Assembly: GCA_002483105.1 (NCBI GenBank)
Contig: DLHG01000011.1
Coordinates: 190,497-254,496 of the forward strand
Direction of reading: 5' to 3'
Length of the DNA: 64,000 nucleotides
DNA from: Bacteroidetes bacterium UBA7674
GTDB taxonomy: Bacteria; Bacteroidota; Bacteroidia; Chitinophagales; Chitinophagaceae
This document shows, piece by piece, positions 20,033 through 29,491 of the stretch. The first letter of the stretch is position 1. Each line of letters starts with the position of its first letter. The translations under genes and the position numbers were made by a program. Below the pieces are notes generated by a model. The model was not told the origin of the DNA and searched no databases. It saw nothing but the letters and a program-made list of their open reading frames with translations.

Positions 20033-20590
20033 TTATTTCAAGATCCTCACCAACTCTTCCTGCACATCTTTGCCCTTATTAGCATTATACCATACCTGTA
20101 GTTCCGTCTTTACCCGTTCAAAGTCTGCTTTTTCCGCCATCAGGGTGTTGTACAGTTTCTGGCAATCGACAGGTCTCGGTCCCCAGGTCGCAATATCATT
20201 TTCATCCTTATCACGAATGATCAGTTTCGGGATGGCTTTTCCGTTATTGGTCAGGTAGCCGTTTATCCGGAACGGCTCGCTGTCACGTAGTTCATACGTT
20301 ACCGTTATCTGGTCATTCAGTTCCGCCGCCATATGCAGGAAAGGTACACTGTGCGCCGCGTCACCACACCAGGGCTCGGTAATGATGATCCAGTGTTGCG
20401 GTTCTTTTATCGCTTTGATGGCGCTTGTCAATTCTTCTGTGAGTTGCCCCGTTTTCAGCCAACGGTTCATCCTTGCCCAGTTCAGCTTTGTATAGTCTAT
20501 ATACATAGCATCGTTATAGGGTGCCTGTTGTTCTTCTATGGGCTTATTTACTATGGATTCGAAGTAGTCCTTATATTCCTGGAATGTCAT
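20033..20590 (-). CDS. thioredoxin-fold family protein
   Basis: 185 aa; IIITEPWCGDAAH thioredoxin-like active-site region. Confidence 0.55.
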   Translation of the reverse strand: MTFQEYKDYFESIVNKPIEEQQAPYNDAMYIDYTKLNWARMNRWLKTGQLTEELTSAIKAIKEPQHWIIITEPWCGDAAHSVPFLHMAAELNDQITVTYELRDSEPFRINGYLTNNGKAIPKLIIRDKDENDIATWGPRPVDCQKLYNTLMAEKADFERVKTELQVWYNANKGKDVQEELVRILK

Positions 20591-20764
20591 ATGCCTTTCG
20601 TTTCATTAAGGCTGCAATTTCGGCCTTTTGTTTATACCGTTGGTTGTTAATATATCTATGGTGGTATAATCGCAATGGGCTAAGCGGCAATAAATTGTTA
20701 AAAAGAAATATTCTGGTGATACTGATGGAATAATAAGACTGCTTTTTGTACGTTAGTACCAAAA

Positions 20765-22195
20765 GTGCAAATACAATCTATGATACGTTCGGTTATCCTT
20801 TCTTTAGCAACACTCTTACTTGCCTCCAATACGCTGTATGCTGACAGCGTCACCATCCGTGGTAAAATAACCAACCCGCTCTCAGATGAGATCACATTCT
20901 CCACATATGACGGTATGCTGGAGTATAACCAGGTGGAGCGCAAAGCGAAACTTGATAAGGATGGTAACTTCTCTGTGGTCTTTCCGGTAACTGCCGATTA
21001 TATGGATATTTCCATCCAGCATGGTGACCAGGGTTCTGAATTGTGGTTGCGCGACGGGGACGTTGTAAACATGACACTCGATGCTAAGGATTTTGATAAG
21101 ACCCTGCATTACACAGGTACGGGAGCAGCTACCGCCAACTTCGCCGCAAAGCATGTACTGGACCGCGGTATGAGTCAGCAATTTGGGGCAAACCTGCAAC
21201 CATTAATGGCAAAAGAACCGCAGGAATTTTTGACGGAAAGCAAGGCGATGCTTCAAAAGGAACTTGACTACTTGCAGGAGAATAAACAGGGCCTTCCTGA
21301 GGCCTTCATAAAGAGCCTGACTGCAAAACTCAGTTATACGATGTACTACGATTGGCTGATCTATCCTCCTTACCATCAAATGATGACGAAGAAAGAAAGA
21401 TCGCCCGGCGATATCCCTAAAGAAAACTATATCGTGCCTGCAAGCATACCCATGGTCTTTGATGATAATTACCTGAGCATATCGTCATACAGGAATGTGG
21501 TCGGCAGCATATTTGAGAATCGTGCCGGTACCTTAGATAGTGTACACGCAATGAAGTACAAGGTGTCCGACAGCAGCAGTATATTGGCTAAACAGATCCT
21601 CCCGAAAAAAAGCAGGGAATTTTATTTTGCACATAAGCTGCACAATAATATGAAGTATGCTACTGTTGCAAAAGCCGATTCTGAATACCGTGCATTCAGG
21701 AAGATGTATCCGAAAAGCGAGTATATGCCGGTCGTAGAAAAGTCTATGGCCTTGAAAAGAAAGCTAGGTGCCGGCCAGCCTGCCATTGATTTCGCTTTTA
21801 CTTCGCTGGATGGTAAAAAGATGAAGCTGTCCGATCTCAAAGGCAAGGTAGTGTATATTGATTTTTGGGCAAGCTGGTGTGGCCCTTGTATGCGTGAATT
21901 GCCTTCTGCTAAAAAAGTAGAAGAACACTTTAAGGGACGTGATGTGGTGTTCTTAAATGTATCTATCGATGAGGATATGGAGGCATGGAAGAATGCAATA
22001 GAAAAGAAGCATATAGAAGGCATTAATGTATGTGAGCCAGGAGGATGGAAAGCGCCTATAGCACTTAAGTACGGTATACAGAGCGTTCCTTCCTATTTTC
22101 TGATAGATAAGAACGGCAAGTTCGTTACAGAAACAACGCCTCGCCCAAGTGAAACGGATAATCTTATCGGACTTATAGAAAATGCGTTGAATTAA
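20765..22195 (+). CDS. TlpA/ResA-like thiol:disulfide oxidoreductase with long N-terminal domain
   Basis: 476 aa; signal peptide; C-terminal redoxin domain with IDFWASWCGPCMRELP (CxxC). Confidence 0.8.
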   Translation: MQIQSMIRSVILSLATLLLASNTLYADSVTIRGKITNPLSDEITFSTYDGMLEYNQVERKAKLDKDGNFSVVFPVTADYMDISIQHGDQGSELWLRDGDVVNMTLDAKDFDKTLHYTGTGAATANFAAKHVLDRGMSQQFGANLQPLMAKEPQEFLTESKAMLQKELDYLQENKQGLPEAFIKSLTAKLSYTMYYDWLIYPPYHQMMTKKERSPGDIPKENYIVPASIPMVFDDNYLSISSYRNVVGSIFENRAGTLDSVHAMKYKVSDSSSILAKQILPKKSREFYFAHKLHNNMKYATVAKADSEYRAFRKMYPKSEYMPVVEKSMALKRKLGAGQPAIDFAFTSLDGKKMKLSDLKGKVVYIDFWASWCGPCMRELPSAKKVEEHFKGRDVVFLNVSIDEDMEAWKNAIEKKHIEGINVCEPGGWKAPIALKYGIQSVPSYFLIDKNGKFVTETTPRPSETDNLIGLIENALN

Positions 22196-22241
22196 GACCT
22201 GTTGTACCGGAGTAGGATCCCGGAATAAAGAGTAAATAAAA

Positions 22242-22269
22242 ATAGCCCCATTTCAGGGGCTATTTTTTT
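22242..22269 (+). terminator. rho-independent terminator (bidirectional hairpin)
   Basis: tagcccc attt(c)a ggggcta followed by TTTTTTT; 47 nt after the TlpA-like stop. Confidence 0.65.
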
Positions 22270-22270
22270 G

Positions 22271-22337
22271 TGTAGCGAGGAGGAGATTTGAACTCCCGAG
22301 CTCAGGGTATGAATCCCGCTCGGCATAGTCTCCTCGC
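22271..22337 (-). pseudogene. degenerate tRNA(CAU)-like remnant (intact 3-prime half, no foldable D-arm)
   Basis: Reverse complement reads GCGAGGAGACTATGCCGAGCGGGATTCATACCCTGAGCTCGGGAGTTCAAATCTCCTCCTCGCTACA; the last 46 nt match the 3-prime half of the tRNA at 23893-23966 apart from 1 indel and 1 substitution; the 5-prime part cannot form a D-stem. Confidence 0.55.
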
Positions 22338-22503
22338 ACATCGCAGCCACTGGTAGCAAATGCATGGGGCAGTCATTCTCTTCGCAGCAGGAAGGGCGCA
22401 GAGTTCTGCTCGCACTTTTTCTTTCACCGGCGTTGCGTTTGAGCTGAAATAGGTAAGGATACCGCCGGTGGAAATGCTGATGTTCTTCATAATACATGCT
22501 GTT

Positions 22504-23481
22504 TTATAAAATGAGATTAAACAAATATCCTGATATGATAATGCAGGCTGCCACTACCGCGAAAAATATCGCCAGCATTTTTCCTGTCATTACTTTCTTT
22601 AATAGTAGCCCTTCAGGCACAGACAGACCCACAACGGCCATGGAAAAAGCAATAGCCGTTCCCAGCGGTATCCCTTTCTGAACAAGGACCTGTAATACAG
22701 GTAGCACGCCTGCGGCATTGCTGTACATCGGCACGCCCAGCAAAACGGCTATGGGAACCGCAAACGGATTGTCTTTGCTTATATAAGCTTCAAAGAAGCC
22801 CGTTGGGATAAATCCGTGCATGAGTCCGCCTACGGCTATACCTATAAGGATGTACAAGGAGACACCTTTTACTATGCCTGACGCCTCCTTAGCAATGCCG
22901 GGTAACCTCTGCATAAATGGTTGCGGTTTTCCGTCAATACTTTCTTCCGGTTTCTGTTTGTTTTGGATGATCTGCTGTACCCAGTCGGTAAGTAAATGCT
23001 CCATTTTCATTCTGCCAAGGATGTACCCCGCTATCATAGACAGCACAATACCACTAACAACATAGATGATTGCGGTTTTCATCCCGAACATACCAATGAA
23101 AATGGCTACGGAGACGGCATCAACCAGTGGAGAGGAGATGAGGAAGGCAAGTGTAACGCCCAGAGGAATTCCTCCCTTTACAAACCCGATGAATAAAGGG
23201 ACGGACGAGCAGGAACAGAACGGGGTGATGGTACCAAAAAAAGAAGCCAGGAAATAGTCAAGCCCGTACCATCTTCGTTTAGTAAGAAAACGCCGCACTT
23301 TCTCTATCGGGAAATACGAATTGATAATGCCCATGATGAAGGTGACCATCGCAAGCAGAATAAAAATCTTGATGGTATCGAAAACAAAAAAGTTCAATGC
23401 CTGGCCAACATGGCTTTCGGCCGAAAGCCCGAACACTGTATATATCAACCAGTCAGCAAACTGCTGTGTCCATTTGAACAT
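22504..23481 (-). CDS. COG0701/ArsP-type permease
   Basis: 325 aa polytopic membrane protein with TPFCSCSSVPLF motif. Confidence 0.7.
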   Translation of the reverse strand: MFKWTQQFADWLIYTVFGLSAESHVGQALNFFVFDTIKIFILLAMVTFIMGIINSYFPIEKVRRFLTKRRWYGLDYFLASFFGTITPFCSCSSVPLFIGFVKGGIPLGVTLAFLISSPLVDAVSVAIFIGMFGMKTAIIYVVSGIVLSMIAGYILGRMKMEHLLTDWVQQIIQNKQKPEESIDGKPQPFMQRLPGIAKEASGIVKGVSLYILIGIAVGGLMHGFIPTGFFEAYISKDNPFAVPIAVLLGVPMYSNAAGVLPVLQVLVQKGIPLGTAIAFSMAVVGLSVPEGLLLKKVMTGKMLAIFFAVVAACIIISGYLFNLIL

Positions 23482-23504
23482 TTATCGTCTTTTTAGCTGA
23501 TTCT

Positions 23505-23741
23505 CTATGCCGTCAGGAACTCTTTTATTTCGCTGATATCTGCCACGCGACCTTTTACCTTCACCACTTCGTCTATCATCAGTACCGGCGTGGTCAATAC
23601 GTCATACTTCATCATTTCCTCAATGTCTTCGATCTTTGTCACTTCCGCCTCTACGCCGGTTTCCTTTATTGCTTGCAGCACGTTATTGTATGTCGTTTTG
23701 CATTTGGCGCATCCGGGACCCAGCACTTTTATCTGTTTCAT
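23505..23741 (-). CDS. thioredoxin-like redox-active disulfide protein (glutaredoxin-like, 78 aa)
   Basis: IKVLGPGCAKCKTT CxxC motif; frequent partner of the COG0701 permease. Confidence 0.75.
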   Translation of the reverse strand: MKQIKVLGPGCAKCKTTYNNVLQAIKETGVEAEVTKIEDIEEMMKYDVLTTPVLMIDEVVKVKGRVADISEIKEFLTA

Positions 23742-23872
23742 GAATTAATTTTCTCAAATGTAGGTTCACACAATAGCCTCATCGCTGACGGATGTCACCT
23801 GTAACGAGAATATCAGTCACATAGTACCCCCAAGAATATTTGTTCCAGTCATTGATTTTTCAACTTTTTCCC

Positions 23873-23880
23873 TACCTTTG
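23873..23880 (+). promoter_or_regulatory. Bacteroidota -7 box TAnnTTTG (TACCTTTG) upstream of tRNA
   Basis: Exact match to the TAnnTTTG consensus, 12 nt before tRNA position 1. Confidence 0.5.
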
Positions 23881-23892
23881 CAATCCATTTTT

Positions 23893-23966
23893 GGCGAGGT
23901 AGCTCAGTTGGTTAGAGCACAGGATTCATAACCCTGAGGTCGGGAGTTCAAATCTCCTCCTCGCTA
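23893..23966 (+). tRNA. tRNA with CAU anticodon (elongator Met; Ile2/lysidine type not excluded)
   Basis: Hand-folded cloverleaf: GGCGAGG/TA/GCTC-AGTTGGTTA-GAGC/A/CAGGA-TTCATAA-CCCTG/AGGTC/GGGAG-TTCAAAT-CTCCT/CCTCGCT/A; CCA not encoded. Confidence 0.85.
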
Positions 23967-23972
23967 CACAGA

Positions 23973-23996
23973 AAGCCCCTTTCAGGGGCTTTTTTT
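23973..23996 (+). terminator. rho-independent terminator after tRNA
   Basis: aagcccct ttc aggggctt followed by a T-run. Confidence 0.7.
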
Positions 23997-24056
23997 ATGC
24001 CCCTTTGTTTTTATATTTAATTCTCGCTAACTTGTAAAGGGTTAAACATAATTGCC

Positions 24057-24392
24057 ATGCAGAATACTGAAGCCCTCGAGCCGGTCGCTCAGCAGATACT
24101 TGCTTTGCTCGGCAGCGGCAAGACAAGAACGGAGATATCCGAGCAACTCACAGCACAGGGCCATGATGCGTATTTTGTAAAGAACATCGTTGCCGAGACC
24201 ATAAAACTTCACCATGCCAAAAGCCGCACTCGTGGGTTGGTACTTGTAGGTATAGGCGCAGTCATCTGCCTGATCAGTTGCGTGTTCACAATCGTGATGT
24301 CTTATATGGGTGGTAGTGCGCCGGTCATCTTATACGGAGCTACCAGCCTCGGTATCGTATTCATCTTTGCCGGCCTCGTGAAGATATTTTAG
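24057..24392 (+). CDS. hypothetical membrane protein
   Basis: 111 aa; soluble N-half, two C-terminal TM helices. Confidence 0.4.
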   Translation: MQNTEALEPVAQQILALLGSGKTRTEISEQLTAQGHDAYFVKNIVAETIKLHHAKSRTRGLVLVGIGAVICLISCVFTIVMSYMGGSAPVILYGATSLGIVFIFAGLVKIF

Positions 24393-24399
24393 GCAAACT

Positions 24400-25473
24400 T
24401 TACTTTATCTGTCTCCGCAGCAACACCAGAGCCACAGCCCCGAACACAAAGTTCAGTATCCATACACTCAGCAAGGGATTAAGGCCGCCCTTGGTAGAGA
24501 ACGTAGTAGAAAATTGCATCATAAAGAAATACACCGCGCTCAGCACTATGCCCAGAGCCAGGTGCAGACCGCTACCACCCCTTATCTTTCTGCTGGCAAT
24601 ACATACACCTATCAGCACCATGATCATCCCGGCAAAGGGTTGGGACGTACGGCGGTATTTTTCTACATAGAAGAAGTTCAGGCTTTCACGGCCCCTTAGT
24701 TTTTCACGTTCTATATACTTGGTCAGTTCCGGTGTGGTGAGGGCTTCTTTCACGCTCTCGTCTTCATCCAGGTCCATGGGAACGAAAGGGAATTTGCGCT
24801 TCATCTCGCTGAGCACCTGCAGGTCTTCTTTCAGTCCGTCGTTCTTTCTTACAGTTACGTTGTACAGGGTATATTCCTTCTTCACCGAGTCATAAGATAT
24901 TCGGTCGGCCATTACCTTTTCCACCAGCTTGGTGCCTTGTATTGTTTCGGCGGTAAAGCGGTTGCCGGTATTGGTCTTATAGTCGAAATTCTGCATGAAG
25001 ATGTACAGGTCTTTTTTCAAACGCAGGTGTACATTCTGGTCGGCAGATATTTTTTCGTAGTGTATGTACTTGTCTTCAAAGGCCAGCCGTTGTTTGTTGG
25101 CCATTGGTACCACATAGTGGTTTGCCCACAGAGATAAGCCGCACATCAGTGCCGCTCCTATAAAGTAGGGCCTCAGGAAACGCTGAAAAGAAACGCCGTT
25201 AGCCAGTATCGCTATTATCTCCGACTTGTAGGCCATCTTCGAGGTAAAGAAAATAGTGGAGATGAAGATGAAGAACTGGAACAGCAGTGCGGTGATATGC
25301 GGAATGAAGTTTTTGAAATAGCCAAGGATTGCCATTACAGGCGCCTTTCTTTCCACAAAGTCATTTACTTTTTCGGAATAATCTATCACGCAGGCAACCG
25401 ACGCCATCAGCAGGATGGTGAAAAAGAATGTACCGATGAACCGCTTTAATATATACCAGTCTAATTTCTTCAT
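24400..25473 (-). CDS. LptF/LptG (YjgP/YjgQ) family LPS export permease
   Basis: 357 aa; MKKLDWYILKRFIGTFFFTILL start and TM/periplasmic-domain/TM layout. Confidence 0.8.
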   Translation of the reverse strand: MKKLDWYILKRFIGTFFFTILLMASVACVIDYSEKVNDFVERKAPVMAILGYFKNFIPHITALLFQFFIFISTIFFTSKMAYKSEIIAILANGVSFQRFLRPYFIGAALMCGLSLWANHYVVPMANKQRLAFEDKYIHYEKISADQNVHLRLKKDLYIFMQNFDYKTNTGNRFTAETIQGTKLVEKVMADRISYDSVKKEYTLYNVTVRKNDGLKEDLQVLSEMKRKFPFVPMDLDEDESVKEALTTPELTKYIEREKLRGRESLNFFYVEKYRRTSQPFAGMIMVLIGVCIASRKIRGGSGLHLALGIVLSAVYFFMMQFSTTFSTKGGLNPLLSVWILNFVFGAVALVLLRRQIK

Positions 25474-25480
25474 GCCTTAC

Positions 25481-26611
25481 TTACATCCTCTGCTTGAGCA
25501 AAGGTATCATTTCGTTTTTCCAACTGTTATAATCACCCTGTAAAATATGCGTCCGAGCTTGCTTTACCAAATGCAGGTAGAATGCAAGGTTGTGTATGCT
25601 CGCTATCTGCAATCCCAGTATCTCTCCGGAGATGAACAGGTGTCGTACATAAGCTTTACTATACGTATTGCTCGTAGGGCAGTCTATTCCGTCATCTATC
25701 GGGCTGAAGTCTGAAGCCCATTTCTTGTTCCTGATGTTCACTACGCCTTTGCTGGTAAAGAGCATCCCGTTCCTTCCGTTGCGGGTAGGCATCACGCAGT
25801 CAAACATGTCTATCCCCAGTGAAATGTTCTCCAGTATATTCCAGGGAGTACCCACACCCATCAGGTAACGCGGTTTCTCCTCAGGTAGGTATTCGCAGCA
25901 GAGCGCAGCCATTTCATACATCATCTCTTCAGGTTCCCCTACAGAGAGTCCGCCTATGGCATTGCCGTCACATTCCATACTTGCCGCAAATTGCGAAGAG
26001 GCAACCCTCAGGTCTTTATAAGTACTTCCTTGTACTATCGGGAACAGTGCCTGGTCGTATCCATATTTAGGTTCTGTCTGTCCCAGGTGATCTACGCAAC
26101 GCGCCAGCCACCGGTGTGTCAGTTCCATCGATTTCTGTGCATAGCTGTAATCAGACGGGTAGGGTGGACATTCATCAAAAGCCATAATGATATCAGCGCC
26201 TATACTGCGTTGTATATCCATCACCTTCTCCGATGAGAACATGTGTTTCGACCCATCTATATGTGAGCGGAACATGGCACCTTCTTCCGTCAGCTTCCGC
26301 TGACCCGAAAGTGAGAATACCTGGTAACCACCGCTGTCTGTAAGTATAGGCCTGTCCCAGCCCATGAACTTATGCAGCCCGCCCGCTGCTTCCAGCACTT
26401 CGGTACCCGGTCTCAGGTATAGGTGATAAGTATTGCCGAGTATTATCTCAGCCTTTATTTGTTCTTTCAGTTGATCTTGCATCACAGCCTTTACGCTGCC
26501 CACAGTACCTACGGGCATAAATATCGGCGTCTCTATCTGTCCGTGCCCGGTGGTGATTACACCCGCACGTGCTTTGCTATTACTGTCTGTACCTTTTAGT
26601 TCAAAATTCAT
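25481..26611 (-). CDS. tgt: queuine tRNA-ribosyltransferase (tRNA-guanine transglycosylase)
   Basis: 376 aa; FMPVGT, LTDSGGYQVFS, GLSVGE, MFDCVMPTRNGRNG motifs. Confidence 0.92.
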   Translation of the reverse strand: MNFELKGTDSNSKARAGVITTGHGQIETPIFMPVGTVGSVKAVMQDQLKEQIKAEIILGNTYHLYLRPGTEVLEAAGGLHKFMGWDRPILTDSGGYQVFSLSGQRKLTEEGAMFRSHIDGSKHMFSSEKVMDIQRSIGADIIMAFDECPPYPSDYSYAQKSMELTHRWLARCVDHLGQTEPKYGYDQALFPIVQGSTYKDLRVASSQFAASMECDGNAIGGLSVGEPEEMMYEMAALCCEYLPEEKPRYLMGVGTPWNILENISLGIDMFDCVMPTRNGRNGMLFTSKGVVNIRNKKWASDFSPIDDGIDCPTSNTYSKAYVRHLFISGEILGLQIASIHNLAFYLHLVKQARTHILQGDYNSWKNEMIPLLKQRM

Positions 26612-26670
26612 GTAAGTCTTTACTCTTAACTGCTAACTGAAAACTGCCAATTGCTAACTATCTTGCAAAG

Positions 26671-27795
26671 ATGTTATCCATCCTGTTCTGGCTTTTTGCG
26701 TCGGCCTCACTGGCTCAGTTGCTCTATGCTATTGGCATATTCGGCAGGATATTTTCGTTTCCTACACCTAAGCCTGGTCCGATGGCGGGCAAAAAGCCTG
26801 TTTCTGTTATTATTTGTGCCAAAGACGAAGCCGCCAATCTGAAGGCTCATCTCCCGCAAATAATGGCGCAAAGATACACGAATGATGCAGGTAAACCGCT
26901 ATTTGAGGTGATAGTAGTGAACGACTGCTCCACCGACGATACTGAGCTGGTTTTGCAGGAACTGGAACAACTATATGATAACCTTTGGCATGTGACCATT
27001 TCCCCCGGAGAGGAGCGCTTATTCCCCGGTAAGAAGTTCGCCCTGAGTGAGGGTTTGAAACATGCAGGGCATGACCTCTTGATGCTGACAGATGCTGATT
27101 GCGCCCCCTCAAGCGAGAACTGGATGGAACAGATGGTCGCTCCCTTAAACCAGGGAAAACAGATGGTAGCAGGCTATGGCAAGTACATTGCAGAAAGTAG
27201 TTTGCTCAATGCCTTCACCCGTTGGGAAACGCTGCATACGTTCCTGCAATACAGCACCTACGCCCTGGAAGGAAAGCCTTACATGGCGGTTGGGCGAAAT
27301 CTTGCCTGCACTAAAGAAGTGCTCCTAAAAGCGCAGGCCACTGAGGTATGGAACAAACTCCCATCCGGCGATGATGACCTCTTGATAAGCACAATGGCTA
27401 CAAAGGAGAACATGGCTATCGTTTGCAACGAGGACGCTTTTACACTCACACGTAGTAAAAGCACCTGGGGCGATTGGCTTCGCCAGAAGCAACGGCATAT
27501 GTCCACAGGTAAATATTATAAAGAGGATGTGAAGACTTGGCTGGGGCTATATGCTATCACACATATGCTTATGTGGATACTGCTCTTTGTTATGTTATAT
27601 TATAAACCACAGCAGGCGCTGTACTATTGGGGCATCCGTAGTATGGCTATGTGGTTCGTTTGGGCAGTTGCTGCTTTTAAGTTGAAAGAAAAATCTTTAA
27701 TTCCTTGGTTCCCTTTCTTCGATATAGGCTGGATGATGTATAACTTTGCCTTTTCGCCTTACATAGTCCTGAAAAATAAGACACAGTGGAAATAA
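26671..27795 (+). CDS. membrane glycosyltransferase family 2
   Basis: 374 aa; VSVIICAKDEAANL ... VVNDCSTDDT ... TDADC, C-terminal TM helices. Confidence 0.7.
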   Translation: MLSILFWLFASASLAQLLYAIGIFGRIFSFPTPKPGPMAGKKPVSVIICAKDEAANLKAHLPQIMAQRYTNDAGKPLFEVIVVNDCSTDDTELVLQELEQLYDNLWHVTISPGEERLFPGKKFALSEGLKHAGHDLLMLTDADCAPSSENWMEQMVAPLNQGKQMVAGYGKYIAESSLLNAFTRWETLHTFLQYSTYALEGKPYMAVGRNLACTKEVLLKAQATEVWNKLPSGDDDLLISTMATKENMAIVCNEDAFTLTRSKSTWGDWLRQKQRHMSTGKYYKEDVKTWLGLYAITHMLMWILLFVMLYYKPQQALYYWGIRSMAMWFVWAVAAFKLKEKSLIPWFPFFDIGWMMYNFAFSPYIVLKNKTQWK

Positions 27796-28412
27796 TTCTG
27801 AAATACTTCGACGATTTTACGGAAACACAGCAACAGCAATTTGCTCAGCTACAGGAATTGTATTCCGACTGGAATGAAAAAATAAATGTCATTTCCCGAA
27901 AGGATATAGAGTCTCTATATGAGCGCCATGTACTGCATTCTCTGGCCATCGCCGCTGTCAATAATTTTCACGACGGCGCGCAGATAGTGGACATAGGCAC
28001 GGGTGGGGGATTCCCCGGTATTCCGTTAGCGATCTTTTTCCCTGAGGTAGAATTCCTGTTGTCTGATAGTATTGGCAAGAAGATAAAGGTGGTGCAAGGT
28101 GTAGCTGATGCTATTGGGCTGAAGAATGTTACTGCTGTTCATACGCGCGTAGAAGATATTAAAGGACGTATGTTCGACTATGCTGTGTCACGTGCTGTTG
28201 CGCCCCTGGCCGACCTATGGTTCTGGACCAACAAGATGATAAAGAAGGGCAAAGCCGGTGACGATTTACCCAACGGCCTCATCTGCCTGAAAGGTGGTGA
28301 CTTGAAAAAGGAAATATTAGATGCTAAAGTCAACGCCCGTCCCTGGAAGGTTCATGACATTTTCCCCGAGCCTTTCTTCGAGGAGAAGTCGGTGGTTTAT
28401 GTACCCAAATAA
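27786..28412 (+). CDS. rsmG: 16S rRNA (guanine527-N7)-methyltransferase
   Basis: 208 aa; GTG start overlapping the upstream stop by 10 nt; SAM motif VDIGTGGGFPGIPLAI. Confidence 0.85.
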   Translation: MEIILKYFDDFTETQQQQFAQLQELYSDWNEKINVISRKDIESLYERHVLHSLAIAAVNNFHDGAQIVDIGTGGGFPGIPLAIFFPEVEFLLSDSIGKKIKVVQGVADAIGLKNVTAVHTRVEDIKGRMFDYAVSRAVAPLADLWFWTNKMIKKGKAGDDLPNGLICLKGGDLKKEILDAKVNARPWKVHDIFPEPFFEEKSVVYVPK

Positions 28413-28417
28413 TAACT

Positions 28418-28440
28418 GTCATCCTGAGGCACGAAGTATC
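28418..28440 (+). repeat. variant of the GTCAT...GAAG dispersed repeat (gtcatcctgaggcacgaagtatc)
   Basis: Shares GTCAT..GAGG.ACGAAG core with 19329/32713/52072; second related unit tgtcatggtgagcggagtcgaaccatgaca at 28501-28530. Confidence 0.5.
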
Positions 28441-28624
28441 AATCCCGCCGGACAGATACTTCGCTATCGCCCCTGTGTAACACGAGTGCCTGAATGAAGC
28501 TGTCATGGTGAGCGGAGTCGAACCATGACAAAGCTGAGCATAGCTGCATTTGAAACAACATATTATTATATATATGGTTAGAAAGCCAACCCATTATTTT
28601 TCCGCACACACAGAAAACAATTCT

Positions 28625-28632
28625 TATTTTTG
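28625..28632 (+). promoter_or_regulatory. TAnnTTTG -7 box (TATTTTTG) upstream of the YebC-family gene
   Basis: Consensus match 35 nt upstream of ATG 28667. Confidence 0.4.
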
Positions 28633-28666
28633 CAACTCTTAAAAATCAATAAAAGACAATTTATAT

Positions 28667-29377
28667 ATGGGTCGCATATTTGAAGTAAGGAAGTCGTCGA
28701 TGTTTGCCCGCTACGACCGCATGGCAAAACAGTTCTCCCGTGTCGGTAAGGAAATAGCTATTGCTGTAAAGAAAGGTGGCCCTGACCCGGACACCAACCC
28801 GATGCTTCGTCGTGTAATGCAGAATGCAAAAGGGTTCAATATGCCGAAAGACCGTATTGAAGCTGCCATCAAAAATGCACAGGGTAAAGATCAAAGCAGC
28901 TACGATGAAGTTTTGTATGAAGGTTATGCACCTCATGGTATCGCTGTGATGGTGGTAACTGCTACCGATAATACTACACGTACTGTGGCCAACGTTCGTT
29001 CTCACTTTAATAAAGGTGGTGGTAGCTTAGGTAACAGTGGCTCGGTAGGTTTCATGTTCAAACACCTCGGTGTGTTCAAATTGAAAAACGAAGGACAGGA
29101 TCTTGAAGAACTGGAATTGGAATTGATAGATTTCGGATTGGAAGAAGTAGGAGAGGACAGCGAAGGTAATATCATCGTTCGTTGCGAATTCAATGATTTC
29201 GGTAATATGCAGAAGGCCTTGGAAGATAAAGGTATCACACCAATATCATCTGAAATTGAATGGATACCGCTGAATACAGTAGAGCTCACTCCTGAACAAC
29301 AGGAAGACGTTTACAAGCTCATCGCGCGAGTAGAAGAAGACGATGACGTGCAACAAGTATTTCATACCATGGCTTAA
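28667..29377 (+). CDS. YebC/PmpR family DNA-binding transcriptional regulator
   Basis: 236 aa; MGRIFEVRKSSMFARYDRMAKQFSRVGKEI start, highly conserved family signature. Confidence 0.9.
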   Translation: MGRIFEVRKSSMFARYDRMAKQFSRVGKEIAIAVKKGGPDPDTNPMLRRVMQNAKGFNMPKDRIEAAIKNAQGKDQSSYDEVLYEGYAPHGIAVMVVTATDNTTRTVANVRSHFNKGGGSLGNSGSVGFMFKHLGVFKLKNEGQDLEELELELIDFGLEEVGEDSEGNIIVRCEFNDFGNMQKALEDKGITPISSEIEWIPLNTVELTPEQQEDVYKLIARVEEDDDVQQVFHTMA

Positions 29378-29440
29378 TTCAGTTAGCGTCCGCACGCCTT
29401 TTCGGCGTCAGTACGCGTTATAAGGATATCATATAAAAAA

Positions 29441-29472
29441 GCACCCGACTCATTTTAGTCGGGTGCTTTTTT
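29441..29472. terminator. bidirectional rho-independent terminator
   Basis: AAAAAA gcacccgact catttt agtcgggtgc TTTTTT between convergent genes. Confidence 0.75.
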
Positions 29473-29491
29473 ATATCTAAACCGTTTTTTC

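Noticed and set aside
22302-22497. 62-aa and 101-aa minus-strand ORFs just downstream of the permease
   Set aside because: There are no recognisable motifs, and both run into the tRNA-like remnant. They are more likely scrambled junction sequence than genes. I could not exclude a truncated gene fragment.
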